Assembly (NCBI GenBank): GCA_002428735.1
Contig: DIXO01000001.1
Location: forward strand, 57,580 to 121,579
DNA from: Syntrophaceae bacterium UBA6078
GTDB lineage: Bacteria > Desulfobacterota > Syntrophia > Syntrophales > UBA2210
Reading direction: 5' to 3'
DNA length: 64,000 bases
A program made the translations under genes and the position numbers. The notes under the pieces were generated by a model. It was not told the DNA's origin. It ran no database searches and worked only from the letters and a program-made list of their open reading frames with translations. Each line of letters begins with the position of its first letter. Position 1 is the stretch's first letter. Of this stretch, positions 12,165 to 22,737 are shown piece after piece.

Positions 12165-15100
12165 TTACGCATCTTCGAGCAATTCAACATTGATGGCCAG
12201 CCCCTGCAATTCTTTGACCAGCACGTTAAAGGATTCGGGCAGTCCGGGTTCAAGGGTATGCTCCCCCTTGACGATGGCCTCATACATCCTCGTTCTCCCC
12301 ACCACGTCGTCAGCCTTGACGGTCAGAAACTCCTGCAGGGCGTAAGCGGCTCCGTAAGCTTCAATCGCCCACACTTCCATCTCGCCCAGTCTCTGCCCGC
12401 CGAACTGCGCCTTTCCACCGAGGGGCTGCTGGGTGACGAGAGAATAGGGGCCAATGGATCGCGCATGAATCTTGTCATCAACGAGGTGATGCAGTTTCAA
12501 CATGTAAATCATCCCCACGGTCACCGGCTGATCAAAGGGCTCTCCCGTCCGGCCGTCGTAGAGCCTCGTCTGCCCCGTTTCCGGCAGACCGGCGGCCTTG
12601 AGCATATCCTTGATCTCGTCCTCATGGGCCCCGTCAAAAACCGGGGTGGCCATGGGGATTCCTTTTTCCAGTCTGGAGACAAGTTTTCCGAGATCTTCGT
12701 CAGTGGCCCCATCAACAAAGGCGTCAAATTCGGGAGATGCGTACACCTTCTTCATCTCTTGCTTCGCCAAATCCATGCCGGCACTCTCTGCAAGGGCATG
12801 GATCTTTTCCCCCAATCCCTTGGCCGCCCACCCGAGATGGGTTTCAAGGATCTGGCCGACGTTCATACGCGATGGCACCCCGAGCGGATTCAGGACGATA
12901 TCAACCGGCGTCCCGTCCTCAAAGAAGGGCATATCCTCCTCCGGGAGTATCCTCGAGAGCACACCCTTGTTCCCGTGTCTGCCGGCCATCTTGTCACCCA
13001 CGGAAAGCTTCCTCTTGATAGCAACATAGACCTTCACCAGCTTGATGACACCGGGGGGCAGTTCATCCCCCACCGTGACCTTGTCTATCTTCTCAGCGAA
13101 AAAGGCCTCGATGCCCTCCACCCGTTCGGCAAGGCCTTCAAAGAGGGCCCGCGCCCTCCCTTCCGCCTCAAAATCATCGAGAGTGATATCCTTCCAGAGC
13201 CTGGAGGGGATATGATCAAGAATCTCCCTCGTAATGGTCTCCCCTTTCTTCAGCAGGATCTTCCTTCCGTTCGGATCGGCCAGTTTCGAGGCGGATGTTT
13301 TCCCTGTCAGCAATTTGACGATCTTTTTATCCACATTTTCGGTGACGATTCTGATTTCATCGTCCCGGTCTTTCAGGAGACCGTCGATCTCTTCGTCTTC
13401 TATCTCTTTGGATCTGCTGTCCTTATCAGCTCCCTTGCGGGTAAATATCTTGGCGTCGATCACCACCCCATCAACACCGGGAGGAACCCTGAGCGAGGTA
13501 TCTCTCACGTCGCCCGCCTTTTCTCCGAATATGGCCCGGAGCAGTTTTTCCTCGGGGGACAACTGGGTCTCCCCCTTGGGGGTGACTTTCCCCACGAGGA
13601 TATCCCCCGCCTTGACCGACGCGCCCATCCTCACAATGCCGCTTTCATCCAGATTCCTCAGGGCATCCTCACCCACATTGGGGATATCCCGCGTAATCTC
13701 TTCCTTCCCCAGCTTGGTATCTCTCGCCACCGTCTCGAATTCTTCTATGTGAACGGAGGTATAGATATCATCCTTGGCGATTCTTTCGTTGATCAATATT
13801 GAATCTTCGTAGTTGTATCCGCCCCACGGCATGAAGGCAACCATGACGTTTCTTCCCAGCGCCAGTTCGCCATTATCGGTTGCCGGACCGTCGGCTATGA
13901 TATCACCCCTATTGACCCGGCTCCCTCTGTCCACGATCGGTTTGTGATTAAAACAGGTATTCTGGTTTGAACGCTGATATTTGATCAAGCTGTAAATATC
14001 GACACCGATATCGGAGGCATCGAGATCCCTCACGTCCCGTTTAATGACGATCCGTGCGGCATCAACATCCTCGACAATACCCGCCTCTTTTGCCACGATG
14101 ACGGCGCCTGAATCCCGCGCCACAACCGCTCCCATCCCGGTCCCCACGAGAGGTGCCTCCGGCTTGAGGAGCGGCACGGCCTGACGCTGCATATTGGAGC
14201 CCATCAGTGCCCGGTTGGCATCATCGTGCTCCAGAAAGGGGATCAAACCCGCAGCGACGGAAACAAGCTGACTGGGAGACACATCCATCAGATCCACCTC
14301 TCCCGGGGTAACGGTCATGTAATTTCCACTCTTTCGGGCAGTGATGAGTTCTCCCGTAAACTTCCCCTTCGAATCGACAGGGACGTTCGCCTGGGCTATG
14401 ATGTAATCCTCTTCCTCGGTCGCGGTAAGATACCGGATCTCATCAAGGACCCGTCCCCCCTTGACTACCCGGTAGGGTGTTTCTATAAAACCGTAATCAT
14501 TGACCCGCGCATAGGCGCTGAGGGACACAATCAGACCGATGTTGGGACCTTCCGGAGTTTCGACCGGACAGACACGCCCATAGTGGGTATTGTGCACATC
14601 CCGCACCTCAAAACCCGCCCTCTCGCGGGTGAGGCCCCCGGGACCAAGGGCGGAGAGCCTTCTCTTGTGCGTGATCTCGGAGAGAGGGTTAGTCTGATCC
14701 ATAAATTGGGACAGCTGGCTGCTGCCGAAAAACTCGTTGACTACAGCCGTAACCGGTTTGGCATTGATAAGATCATGGGGCATCATGGTTTCTATATCGA
14801 GGAGATTCATCTTCTCCTTGATTGCCCGCTCCATCCGTACCAGTCCAATCCGGTACTGATTTTCTATCAGTTCTCCAACCGATCTGATCCTCCGGTTTCC
14901 GAGGTGATCAATATCATCCACACTGTATTCAGGTACGCCGTCTCTCAGATTGACGAGGTACTTGACCGCTTCCATGACATCCTCCCGGCGGAGAACCGTC
15001 ACATCCGAAGGCACGTTCATGCGAAGCTTGTAGTTCATCTTCACCCGTCCCACATCGGACAGGTCATACGTGTCCTGGCTGAAAAAGAGGCTGTTGAAAA

Positions 15101-16253
15101 ATCGATGGGCCGTTTCAAGGGATGGGGGATTGCTGGGCCTCAACCGTCGATATATGTCGATAATGGCTTCCTCTCCGGTCTCGATCTTATCGATGAGCAT
15201 GGTATTCCTGATATAGGCATTCGCATCCTCCTCATCGAGCTGAATCAGTTTCAACTCAGCGATCTTCCTTTCAAGGATGAGATGAATGCTGTCTTCATGC
15301 AGCTCATCATTGCATTTCAAGAGGACTTCGCCCGTTCCAGGATCCACTACGTCAGCAGCAAGAGCCTTCCCCAGAAGGTAATCCCGGCCTACATCCAGCC
15401 GATCTATCCGCGCTTCCTCCACCCGTTTCAGGAAGGTCTTCGAGATCTTTCTTCCCTTTTTAAGGATAACCTCGCCTGTCTTCGAATCCTTGATGTCTTC
15501 TGGCAGTTTCTCGCCAATAATATTTTCATCCACGATCAAAGAGACACGGTCGCCATCTAGGACAACCTTCTCAATATTGTAGAAGTATCCCATCAGCTCT
15601 TCCGGAGAATAGCCCATGGCCTTGAGGAGGACCGTAACCGGCATCTTTCTCCGTCTGTCCACCCGTGCGTAGAGGATATCCTTCGGGTCGAATTCGAGAT
15701 CAAGCCATGAGCCTCGTATGGGGATTACCCTGGCTGAATATATCAGTTTGCCGCTTGCGTGGGTTTTTCCCTTGTCGTGACCGAAAAATATCCCCGGCGA
15801 CCGATGCAGCTGGCTGACGATCACCCTCTCGGTACCGTTGATATTGAAGGTACCCTTGTCGGTCATCAAGGGGATCTCACCGAAGTATATCTCCTGTTCC
15901 TTGATGTCGCGTATGGTCCTCTGCCCGCCGCTGCGGCCATTACTGTCGAACACGACAAGCCGAACCACGACCCTCAGAGGAGCGTTATAGGTCATCCCCC
16001 TTTGCGTACATTCACGAATATCATACCGGGGAGTGCCAATCTTGTAGCTGACGAATTCCAGCGAGCATTTTCCGCTGAAATCAACAATGGGAAAGACGCT
16101 CTTGAACGCCCCCTGGAGACCGAAGTTCCCTCTTCTTTCAGGCTCCACGTCGGTCTGAAGGAATTTTTCATAGGATTTTCTCTGAATTTCTATGAGATCG
16201 GGTATCTCAACGATCTTTTTGATGCGGCCGAAACTTTTTCTATGTGTACCCAT
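12165..16253 (-). CDS. rpoB: DNA-directed RNA polymerase subunit beta
   Basis: About 1362 aa with the [13 protein letters not shown] motif. The likely start is the ATG at 16253 ([13 protein letters not shown]), 10 codons inside the track ORF. Confidence 0.97.
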   Translation of the reverse strand: MGTHRKSFGRIKKIVEIPDLIEIQRKSYEKFLQTDVEPERRGNFGLQGAFKSVFPIVDFSGKCSLEFVSYKIGTPRYDIRECTQRGMTYNAPLRVVVRLVVFDSNGRSGGQRTIRDIKEQEIYFGEIPLMTDKGTFNINGTERVIVSQLHRSPGIFFGHDKGKTHASGKLIYSARVIPIRGSWLDLEFDPKDILYARVDRRRKMPVTVLLKAMGYSPEELMGYFYNIEKVVLDGDRVSLIVDENIIGEKLPEDIKDSKTGEVILKKGRKISKTFLKRVEEARIDRLDVGRDYLLGKALAADVVDPGTGEVLLKCNDELHEDSIHLILERKIAELKLIQLDEEDANAYIRNTMLIDKIETGEEAIIDIYRRLRPSNPPSLETAHRFFNSLFFSQDTYDLSDVGRVKMNYKLRMNVPSDVTVLRREDVMEAVKYLVNLRDGVPEYSVDDIDHLGNRRIRSVGELIENQYRIGLVRMERAIKEKMNLLDIETMMPHDLINAKPVTAVVNEFFGSSQLSQFMDQTNPLSEITHKRRLSALGPGGLTRERAGFEVRDVHNTHYGRVCPVETPEGPNIGLIVSLSAYARVNDYGFIETPYRVVKGGRVLDEIRYLTATEEEDYIIAQANVPVDSKGKFTGELITARKSGNYMTVTPGEVDLMDVSPSQLVSVAAGLIPFLEHDDANRALMGSNMQRQAVPLLKPEAPLVGTGMGAVVARDSGAVIVAKEAGIVEDVDAARIVIKRDVRDLDASDIGVDIYSLIKYQRSNQNTCFNHKPIVDRGSRVNRGDIIADGPATDNGELALGRNVMVAFMPWGGYNYEDSILINERIAKDDIYTSVHIEEFETVARDTKLGKEEITRDIPNVGEDALRNLDESGIVRMGASVKAGDILVGKVTPKGETQLSPEEKLLRAIFGEKAGDVRDTSLRVPPGVDGVVIDAKIFTRKGADKDSRSKEIEDEEIDGLLKDRDDEIRIVTENVDKKIVKLLTGKTSASKLADPNGRKILLKKGETITREILDHIPSRLWKDITLDDFEAEGRARALFEGLAERVEGIEAFFAEKIDKVTVGDELPPGVIKLVKVYVAIKRKLSVGDKMAGRHGNKGVLSRILPEEDMPFFEDGTPVDIVLNPLGVPSRMNVGQILETHLGWAAKGLGEKIHALAESAGMDLAKQEMKKVYASPEFDAFVDGATDEDLGKLVSRLEKGIPMATPVFDGAHEDEIKDMLKAAGLPETGQTRLYDGRTGEPFDQPVTVGMIYMLKLHHLVDDKIHARSIGPYSLVTQQPLGGKAQFGGQRLGEMEVWAIEAYGAAYALQEFLTVKADDVVGRTRMYEAIVKGEHTLEPGLPESFNVLVKELQGLAINVELLEDA

Positions 16254-16291
16254 AGTGATCCTTATAAATACGCTGCCCTTCATAAAAGAGA

Positions 16292-16330
16292 GAAGCCAGA
16301 ACAGAAAAAACTCCTCTGACCTCTGGCTTC
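16292..16330 (-). terminator. Putative rplL-rpoB intergenic attenuator hairpin
   Basis: Perfect 9-bp stem GAAGCCAGA/TCTGGCTTC (16292-16300 with 16322-16330) and a 21-nt loop. On the minus strand it is followed by TCTCTTTT. Its position matches the partial terminator known between rplL and rpoB in other bacteria. The large loop weakens the call. Confidence 0.3.
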
Positions 16331-16383
16331 AGCACTCCCGCCATTGAATCTCCTCGTAACGCTCAGTTCACTCAGTGCGACGG

Positions 16384-16770
16384 TTACTTGATCTCCACTG
16401 TTGCGCCCACTTCTTCCAACTTTGCCTTCATTTCTTCAGCCTCGGCCTTCGACACGCCCTCCTTGACGGGCTTGGGAACGCCTTCAACCAGATCCTTGGC
16501 TTCTTTCAGCCCTAACCCCGTTATGGCTCTGGCCACCTTGATGACCTGGATCTTCTGATCGCCGAATCCCGTGAGAATAACGTCAAAATCTGTTTTTTCC
16601 TCCGCCGGCCCGGCAGCCGCTGCCGGCCCGGTCGCCGCTGCCGCCGCCACGGGAGCTGCCGCGGAGACGCCGAATTTTTCCTCCAGTTCTTTCACCATCT
16701 CGGACAGTTCAAGAACCGTCATATTTTCAATAAAACTGATAACATCTTCCTTTGTAATTTTTGTTGCCAT
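16384..16770 (-). CDS. rplL: 50S ribosomal protein L7/L12
   Basis: 128-aa ORF with an Ala/Pro-rich hinge ([22 protein letters not shown]) and the conserved C-terminal domain [20 protein letters not shown]. Confidence 0.97.
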   Translation of the reverse strand: MATKITKEDVISFIENMTVLELSEMVKELEEKFGVSAAAPVAAAAATGPAAAAGPAEEKTDFDVILTGFGDQKIQVIKVARAITGLGLKEAKDLVEGVPKPVKEGVSKAEAEEMKAKLEEVGATVEIK

Positions 16771-16796
16771 TGTTCGTTATATCCTTTCCTGTGTGT

Positions 16797-17318
16797 CTAA
16801 TTTTTTTCTTTGTTTTGTCTATGAGCCTCAAGCACCTGAACAAACCCCCGGGGGACCGCGCTCAGGACGGTCACAAGCTGGGTCTGAACTCCCACCAGGA
16901 CGGAAAGGAGTTTCCCCAGAAGAATCTCCCTGCTTGGCAGTTCTGCCAGCGCCTTGATCTGATCCCTGGATAACAGCTTGCCATCCAGCACACCCGCCTC
17001 GATCTCAAGCTTGGCGTTCTTCTTGGCAAACTCCACCAGTATCTTGGTTGGCTCAGCCACAGCACCGAAGTTCATCATGAGAGCCTTGGGACCTTTGAGA
17101 TACTCATCCAGCGGTAATAACTCCGTGTCCTTCAAAGCAATGCTGAGAAGGCTGTTTTTCACCACCTTGAACTCGCTCTCGGCTTTGCGCAGTGCATTGC
17201 GCAGGTCCGTAATATCCTTGACCGTGATACCGCTATAGTTTGCAAGAACAGCCAGCTTAACACCCTTGAGCTTTTCATGAAGCTCCGCAACAACACGTTC
17301 CTTCGTACTTCTATTCAA
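16797..17318 (-). CDS. rplJ: 50S ribosomal protein L10
   Basis: The track ORF starts at 17336. However, GGAGG at about 17326-17330 sits 7 nt before the TTG at 17318, which gives the conserved (M)NRSTKERVVAEL L10 N-terminus. Confidence 0.92.
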   Translation of the reverse strand: MNRSTKERVVAELHEKLKGVKLAVLANYSGITVKDITDLRNALRKAESEFKVVKNSLLSIALKDTELLPLDEYLKGPKALMMNFGAVAEPTKILVEFAKKNAKLEIEAGVLDGKLLSRDQIKALAELPSREILLGKLLSVLVGVQTQLVTVLSAVPRGFVQVLEAHRQNKEKN

Positions 17319-17336
17319 TACATGGCCTCCTTCCAT

Positions 17337-17503
17337 TTGTTGAGTTTCAAAATACCCTGCCGCCCTGAGGCGATCAAGATTCTCTGAAAGTCAGACCACT
17401 ATACAGGAAAAGATATTGCTTCAACTCCTCCATAGTCTCGGCAGGCCGACTTCCTGTTCGATTAAACGCTACGGTGCCTGCTGTCTCTGACCTTTTTCTC
17501 TCT
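17337..17503 (-). promoter_or_regulatory. Putative L10 (rplJ) leader
   Basis: 167-nt untranslated spacer between rplA and rplJ. On the minus strand it contains a GCAGGC...GCCTGC hairpin. This is the position of the autoregulatory L10 leader known in other bacteria. I have not aligned it to any model. Confidence 0.3.
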
Positions 17504-18214
17504 TTATACAGCCTTTAAAATACTCCTCACATCCATGGGATCAATACTGACTCCCGGACCCATGGTCGTGGAAAGGGAAATAGCTTTCAGGTATGTTCCC
17601 TTGCTGGATGCAGGTTTCAGTTTCAGTATGGATTCCAGCAGCGCCAGGATATTCTCCGACAACTTATTCGCCCCGAATGAGACCTTCCCGACGGGGCTGT
17701 GGACAATCCCTGCCTTCTCAACTCTGAACTCAACCTTCCCCGCCTTCAGTTCTTCGACCGCCCCCTTTACGTCGAATGTTACCGTGCCCACCTTGGGATT
17801 AGGCATGAGGCCCCGGGGTCCCAGAATTTTACCCAGCTTCCCCACAGCGCCCATCATGTCCGGAGTGGCCACGACCCTGTCGAATTCCATCCAGCCACCC
17901 TTGATCTTTTCAACAAGGTCATCCGAACCGGCACAGTCAGCTCCCGCATCAAGGGCCTCCCGTTCCTTATCCCCCTTCGCGAAAACCAGCACCCGTACTG
18001 TCTTGCCAAGGCCATGGGGGAGAACCACGCTCCCGCGGACCATCTGGTCCGCGTACTTGGGATTGACCCCCAGTTTAATGGCGACATCCGCCGTCTCATC
18101 GAACTTCGCCTTCGCGGTCGATACCGCCAGTTCAACGGCTTCTCCCAGCGAATACTTCCTGCCAGGCTCCACCTTACTACTTTCCTCTAGATATTTCTTG
18201 CCCCTCTTAGACAT
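17504..18214 (-). CDS. rplA: 50S ribosomal protein L1
   Basis: 236-aa ORF with [10 protein letters not shown]...[24 protein letters not shown], typical of L1. Confidence 0.97.
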   Translation of the reverse strand: MSKRGKKYLEESSKVEPGRKYSLGEAVELAVSTAKAKFDETADVAIKLGVNPKYADQMVRGSVVLPHGLGKTVRVLVFAKGDKEREALDAGADCAGSDDLVEKIKGGWMEFDRVVATPDMMGAVGKLGKILGPRGLMPNPKVGTVTFDVKGAVEELKAGKVEFRVEKAGIVHSPVGKVSFGANKLSENILALLESILKLKPASSKGTYLKAISLSTTMGPGVSIDPMDVRSILKAV

Positions 18215-18237
18215 CTTGTTTAAACCCCGAAGTAAGA

Positions 18238-18663
18238 TTATTTGGCGATTTCAATACCCATGGATCGCGCAGTTCCCGCCACCGTGGCCATGGCTCCATC
18301 CATATCGACGGCATTGAGATCCCCATACTTAATTTCAGCAATTTCCCTCAGTTGTTTGGGGGTTATCGTTCCCACCTTGTCCCTCTTGGGATCTCCCGCC
18401 CCCTTCGCAATCTTCGCAGCCTGCTTCAGCAGCACCGCCGTCGGAGGGGTCTTGGTAATAAAGGTAAACGACTTATCGGCATATACGGTTATCTCAACCG
18501 GTATGATCGTACCCTCCTGATTCTGCGTCAGGGCATTATAGGCCTTGCAGAACTCCATGATGTTCACCCCGTGCTGACCCAGGGCAGGGCCGATAGGCGG
18601 CGACGGTGTAGCTTTGCCGGCCTGAATTTGCAGCTTTATGCTCGCGATAACCTTCTTAGCCAT
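18238..18663 (-). CDS. rplK: 50S ribosomal protein L11
   Basis: 141-aa ORF starting [43 protein letters not shown], typical of L11. Confidence 0.97.
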   Translation of the reverse strand: MAKKVIASIKLQIQAGKATPSPPIGPALGQHGVNIMEFCKAYNALTQNQEGTIIPVEITVYADKSFTFITKTPPTAVLLKQAAKIAKGAGDPKRDKVGTITPKQLREIAEIKYGDLNAVDMDGAMATVAGTARSMGIEIAK

Positions 18664-18712
18664 GAGACTCCCCTCTGTTTCCCTCTCGTTTTAAGATGTT
18701 CTTTCGATTTTA

Positions 18713-19243
18713 CTAGTTCTGTACCACCTGTATAAAATCCAGTTCCACGGGGGTCGACCTGCCGAAGATGGATACGATGACCCGCAACTTTCCCTTCTCG
18801 GGTCTGACCTCATCAACAACCCCGTCAAAGTTGGTAAAGGGACCATCCACAATCCTCACATGATCCCCCACCTCAAACTTGAATTTCGGCTGGGGTTTCA
18901 GGGTCCCCTCATCTATCTTGGTCTTCAGGGACTGCACCGACGCGTCAGGTATGGGAGACGGCCTGTCCTTCGTCCCGATAAAACCGGTAACCTTGGGGGT
19001 CTCTTTCACCAGATGCCAGGTCTCGTCGGTCAGCTCCATCCGCACCAGTATGTAGCCGGGGAAGAATTTCCGCTTCGAAGTCTTCTTTTCACCCTTCTTG
19101 AGTTCGACAACATCCTCCTCGGGTATGAGGATGTCCTCGAAATGGTCCTGCATGCCAAAGGTTGCCACCCGCTCTTCCAGAGAGCGCTTGACCCTGTTTT
19201 CAAAACCAGAGTATGTGTGAACAACGTACCAGTTGAAAGCCAT
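18713..19243 (-). CDS. nusG: Transcription termination/antitermination factor NusG
   Basis: 176-aa ORF with [14 protein letters not shown]...FPGYILV...KOW ([19 protein letters not shown]). Confidence 0.95.
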   Translation of the reverse strand: MAFNWYVVHTYSGFENRVKRSLEERVATFGMQDHFEDILIPEEDVVELKKGEKKTSKRKFFPGYILVRMELTDETWHLVKETPKVTGFIGTKDRPSPIPDASVQSLKTKIDEGTLKPQPKFKFEVGDHVRIVDGPFTNFDGVVDEVRPEKGKLRVIVSIFGRSTPVELDFIQVVQN

Positions 19244-19247
19244 AATG

Positions 19248-19451
19248 TTAACTCAATACTAACCGCACTATCTTGGTGAGACCGAAATCCACGATACCAA
19301 GGAATATGGAAACGATAACAACTACAACGATCACGACGGAAGTCGATGCAAGGGCTTCCTTGGGTGTTGGCCATGTAACCTTTTTCAGCTCGGCCTTCGC
19401 CTCGCTGAGAAAGTGTCTCACAGTGCTTATCACCGACTGTATCTTCCCCAT
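19248..19451 (-). CDS. secE: Preprotein translocase subunit SecE
   Basis: 67-aa ORF with ...ELKKVTWPTPKE... followed by a single TM helix. It sits immediately upstream of nusG. Confidence 0.9.
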   Translation of the reverse strand: MGKIQSVISTVRHFLSEAKAELKKVTWPTPKEALASTSVVIVVVVIVSIFLGIVDFGLTKIVRLVLS

Positions 19452-19477
19452 CCTACATCACCTCGGAGAACACATAT

Positions 19478-19554
19478 TGGCAGGCCAGGAGGGATTCGAA
19501 CCCCCAACACCCGGATTTGGAGTCCGGTGCTCTAGCCGTTAGAGCTACTGGCCT
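19478..19554 (-). tRNA. tRNA-Trp (anticodon CCA)
   Basis: Hand-folded cloverleaf on the minus strand: AGGCCAG acceptor, anticodon arm CCGGA-CTCCAAA-TCCGG, T-loop TTCGAAT, encoded CCA. It occupies the classic position between rpmG and secE. Confidence 0.9.
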
Positions 19555-19673
19555 GTTCCGGACACCATGCCCCTCGCGACACACTCAGGAAAACCGCACG
19601 GGGACATTTGCATTTTTCTCGCTTCACAACAGCGCCCCCGGAAGACATTCCTCGCCGCAAACACAGGGGATGG

Positions 19674-19823
19674 CTACTTCGTTTCTTTGTGTTCCGTATG
19701 CCGCTGACAGAATTTGCAATACTTCTTCATCTCAAGACGGTTTTTCGTGATCCGCTTGTTCTTCGTCGTCGTGTAATTTCTCTGTTTGCATTCCCCACAC
19801 GCAAGGGTAACGATATCTCTCAT
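19674..19823 (-). CDS. rpmG: 50S ribosomal protein L33
   Basis: Below the ORF-track size cutoff. My translation from ATG at 19823 is [49 protein letters not shown] (49 aa), with the CxxC...CxxC zinc-ribbon form of L33. Confidence 0.92.
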   Translation of the reverse strand: MRDIVTLACGECKQRNYTTTKNKRITKNRLEMKKYCKFCQRHTEHKETK

Positions 19824-19848
19824 ATCGATCAACCTGCTTTCACCAAAA

Positions 19849-19924
19849 TGGAGCCCACGACCAGGATTGAACTGGTGACCTCATCCTTACCAAGGATGTG
19901 CTCTACCGACTGAGCTACGTGGGC
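19849..19924 (-). tRNA. tRNA-Thr (anticodon GGT)
   Basis: Minus-strand cloverleaf GCCCACG...CATCC-TTGGTAA-GGATG...TTCAATC...CGTGGGC-T-CCA. Confidence 0.9.
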
Positions 19925-19962
19925 CGATAACAATCCCCTTCCTCACTCCAGAGAGGCAAAAA

Positions 19963-20038
19963 TGGAGCGGGAAACGGGATTCGAACCCGCGACCCTCAGC
20001 TTGGAAGGCTGACGCTCTAGCCCCTGAGCTATTCCCGC
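19963..20038 (-). tRNA. tRNA-Gly (anticodon TCC)
   Basis: Minus-strand cloverleaf GCGGGAA...TCAGC-CTTCCAA-GCTGA...GCGGG-TTCGAAT-CCCGT...TTCCCGC-T-CCA. Confidence 0.9.
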
Positions 20039-20066
20039 CTCATGAAAATCCAAAATGACAAAAATA

Positions 20067-20151
20067 TGGTGGAGGGGGGAGGACTTGAACCTCCGTAGGC
20101 TTCGCCGGCAGATTTACAGTCTGCTCCCTTTGACCACTCGGGAACCCCTCC
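20067..20151 (-). tRNA. tRNA-Tyr (anticodon GTA)
   Basis: Minus-strand class II tRNA GGAGGGG...GCAGA-CTGTAAA-TCTGC with a long variable arm, then GGAGG-TTCAAGT-CCTCC...CCCCTCC-A-CCA. Confidence 0.9.
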
Positions 20152-20169
20152 ACACCAGTCATCAGCAAC

Positions 20170-20245
20170 TGGAGCTGGCGATGGGACTCGAACCCGCGAC
20201 CTGCTGATTACAAATCAGCTGCTCTACCAATTGAGCTACGCCAGC
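20170..20245 (-). tRNA. tRNA-Thr (anticodon TGT)
   Basis: Minus-strand cloverleaf GCTGGCG...GCTGA-TTTGTAA-TCAGC...TTCGAGT...CGCCAGC-T-CCA. There is one C-A mismatch in the T-stem. Confidence 0.85.
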
Positions 20246-20350
20246 ACGTTAGCTTATCCATATTACAGGGGTTTCAAGCAGCGGAACGGGCGGGCAATAC
20301 CTCAAAGCCCTTCAATGAACGCGCTTGTCGCCCTTCGAATAGAATCCGGG

Positions 20351-20379
20351 ATACTAGATACAAAAGATGTATTTGTCAA
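20351..20379 (-). promoter_or_regulatory. Sigma-70-type promoter for the tRNA-rpmG-secE-nusG transcription unit
   Basis: The minus strand reads TTGACA (20379-20374), then 17 nt, then TAGTAT (20356-20351). It is preceded by an A-rich UP-like tract (AATAAAAAACCC) and lies about 100 nt upstream of the first tRNA. Confidence 0.55.
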
Positions 20380-20426
20380 GGGTTTTTTATTGGAAATCGT
20401 GATTGAAGAAGAAAAATCGTCAGCCC

Positions 20427-20993
20427 TTACTCCTCGCTAAACACCTGCGCGGAAAAAATAAATATCTGCGCATCCGGATCTTTCCATGCATCATCCCGAA
20501 GTCCCGCTTTTCTGCAGGTTTCCTCCAGAAAGGTAGTCCGGTCCCACTTGTACTCAGAGGCAACCTGGGGCAGGAGCAAACCGGAACGGAGCCCTTTGAC
20601 TATATAGATTCCATGTCGCCCCACTTCAATCTCGCCCACATCGTGTATCTGTTTCAGGGGAGTCAAGGCGGAAATTTCTATGTCGAGAGACTTGAGTTCA
20701 TCCTCGCGGACGGGAGGAAATCGGGGGTCGTTGAAAGCCGCCGCCTGTGCCATCTCCTCGACCGTTTCACCGAGGGGCTTTCGTGCCTCGATGAACCCGA
20801 TACAGCCCCTTAAACGGCCCTGTTTCTTGAGGGTGACAAAGGCGCCCCTCTTTTCCTTCAAAGCACCTGACCCGATCTCCGGGGGAGACATCTTTATCCC
20901 GGCAAGGCGGGCCTCAATACTCTTCCGAGCCATGGTCAGGAGCAGGCCTTTTTCCTGCTGTGTCAGCTGCACATCGAGAACTTTCTCGCTCAT
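20427..20993 (-). CDS. AMMECR1 domain protein (AmmeMemoRadiSam system protein A-like)
   Basis: 188-aa ORF with ...GAFVTLKKQGRLRGCIGFIEARKPL...AAFNDPRFPPV...LEIEISALTPL..., which is the AMMECR1 core pattern. There is a 4-nt overlap with the upstream Memo-like gene. Confidence 0.85.
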   Translation of the reverse strand: MSEKVLDVQLTQQEKGLLLTMARKSIEARLAGIKMSPPEIGSGALKEKRGAFVTLKKQGRLRGCIGFIEARKPLGETVEEMAQAAAFNDPRFPPVREDELKSLDIEISALTPLKQIHDVGEIEVGRHGIYIVKGLRSGLLLPQVASEYKWDRTTFLEETCRKAGLRDDAWKDPDAQIFIFSAQVFSEE

Positions 20994-21922
20994 TGCAGGC
21001 CCTTTCCACCTTTCTTATACAGGACGGCGGCGGCGTACCCCACGACGCCGTTTCTGTCCCCCGTGATGTCGCCGGAGTTCATGTAGGCCAGGATTTTTGC
21101 GCTGTCGGCCCCGAGCGCGGCAGCCACCAGTATGGTCACGGCCGCCGGTCCGGCGCCGCAGGCCTCGTATCTCCCGCTTTCAACGCCCCGGAGGAACCCC
21201 TCCGCGTCCATCTTTTCGATATATTCCAGAGCCGCCGAATCCATTGCAACGGCCGTGTCGTAACTGTGATAATGGGAGAGATCGGTACTGGCGATCACGA
21301 GCACCCTGCCATCTCCCACCGCCCGGATGATTGCTCCGGCCACCGCCCTGCAGGTGCCCATATCCTGAGTCCCCATCAGGATGGGAACAAAGGGTACGCG
21401 ATCGAAAACTACCTGGAGAAAGGGCACCTGGATCTCGAGAGAATTCTCCGGAAGGACGTGATTCGAGGTCAGTGATACCATGCCACCGCTGTATGCCGCT
21501 ATCTTTTCGGCAAGGTCCCTGTCAACGGGAGCGATTCCCAGGGGGGTCTCATACCCCTTCCCGTCATAGAGGGAAGCCCCTCTGAAAGATGCCCTGTGGC
21601 TTGGGCCGATGAGAATCACGGCATCGAAATCCTTCCCCTGCGCGGCCTTGTAAGCATACGCGGCCACCTGCCCGGAATAGACGTACCCGGCATGAGGAGA
21701 GATGACCCCTATCACCGTTCCATCAAGGGCATCCACCCGCGCACCGGCAAGATATCCTTCTATATCGGATCTCAAACGCGCCGGATCTGCCGGATACCAT
21801 GTCCCCGCGATCATTGGCTTTCGTACCATCTCCATTTCACCCCCTCCCCCCTCTGCGACAAGCGAAAGGGCAAGAAACATGACCAAGATTATACATGATA
21901 TGGTGCAGACATGCCTGTTCAT
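20990..21922 (-). CDS. Memo-like protein (AmmeMemoRadiSam system protein B-like)
   Basis: 310-aa ORF with the AGTWYPADP...ISPHAGYVYSG...DLSHYH pattern of the MEMO1 family. The N-terminal 25 aa are hydrophobic and signal-peptide-like. Alternative internal starts (MEMVRKPM) would remove them. Confidence 0.8.
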   Translation of the reverse strand: MNRHVCTISCIILVMFLALSLVAEGGGGEMEMVRKPMIAGTWYPADPARLRSDIEGYLAGARVDALDGTVIGVISPHAGYVYSGQVAAYAYKAAQGKDFDAVILIGPSHRASFRGASLYDGKGYETPLGIAPVDRDLAEKIAAYSGGMVSLTSNHVLPENSLEIQVPFLQVVFDRVPFVPILMGTQDMGTCRAVAGAIIRAVGDGRVLVIASTDLSHYHSYDTAVAMDSAALEYIEKMDAEGFLRGVESGRYEACGAGPAAVTILVAAALGADSAKILAYMNSGDITGDRNGVVGYAAAVLYKKGGKGLQ

Positions 21923-22086
21923 TCACACCTGCCGGTCATTTTAGGTTGCATCCATGATATAAGTGATTTTTTACCCTGTCAAGCCCAAGGGCTTCAGCCC
22001 AAGGGCTTCAGGCGGTCCAATGCGCCGAAAGGGCTATCCTGAATCAGACGACATGAAAGGGGATCACAAAAAGAAAGGCGGGAAGA

Positions 22087-22737
22087 TTATCGGCGGCTCT
22101 CTCGGTCAGGGCGCGCTGAAAATGCGCAGGCGGCATACCGGCCGTCGTGGCTCATGCTGAGAGTGACGGCAGAGGCGCATCCCGCAATCCGTACCACGGG
22201 AGGGGCCAGACCCTGACATCCTTTTGGACGGTAGATGCGGACAGCCTCCGGCGGCTCACACACATAGCCTGCTATGCCCCGTTTTGCCATTTCCCTGACA
22301 AAGGCGGATTCATCATCGGGTGAAAAACAGGTCCGGGGAATCTTCCGAATATCCCAGATGATGGTGTCAATTTCGTCGTCCGTCGCCGCGCCCAGGCAGT
22401 GAATGTAATTGCCGGTAATAAAAAAACGGACCGAAACCGGCCCTGAGGGAGTGTCAACGGTGCCTGATTCAGGTACGTGGCTGCCTTCGCCAAGCAGATA
22501 CACCTCATACCGCGCCGGCGCTGAGGAAACGGATGGAGAGCGCCTGCGTACCGCCTTGTACGCCGTTTCCTTCCCTGCCCACAGGCTCCAGAGCATTCTG
22601 TCCGGATCGCTGCTTTCCAGGATCTTTTGCCGCTCACCCGGCGTGAACACCCTGTTCATGAATGGGATATCCCGACTTTTCCCTCTTGCCTGAGGAGCCA
22701 TACGATCCACGACGTCGTTGCCGATCAAAATACTCAT
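22087..22737 (-). CDS. 4'-phosphopantetheinyl transferase family protein (AcpS-like N-terminal half plus ~100-aa C-terminal extension)
   Basis: 216-aa ORF with N-terminal ILIGNDVVD (Mg-binding Asp region) and WAGKETAYKA (the W/FxxKE motif) at AcpS-like spacing. The start overlaps the 3' end of the upstream acyltransferase by 104 nt. Confidence 0.7.
   Translation of the reverse strand: MSILIGNDVVDRMAPQARGKSRDIPFMNRVFTPGERQKILESSDPDRMLWSLWAGKETAYKAVRRRSPSVSSAPARYEVYLLGEGSHVPESGTVDTPSGPVSVRFFITGNYIHCLGAATDDEIDTIIWDIRKIPRTCFSPDDESAFVREMAKRGIAGYVCEPPEAVRIYRPKGCQGLAPPVVRIAGCASAVTLSMSHDGRYAACAFSARPDRESRR

Noticed and set aside
21982-22009. A perfect 14-nt tandem duplication, AGCCCAAGGGCTTC x2, each unit internally palindromic (AAGCCC/GGGCTT). 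It lies between the PPTase stop and the Memo-like start.
   Set aside because: It is too short to interpret and is probably a slippage duplication of a small GC stem. No U-tract follows on the transcribed (minus) strand, so I do not call it a terminator.
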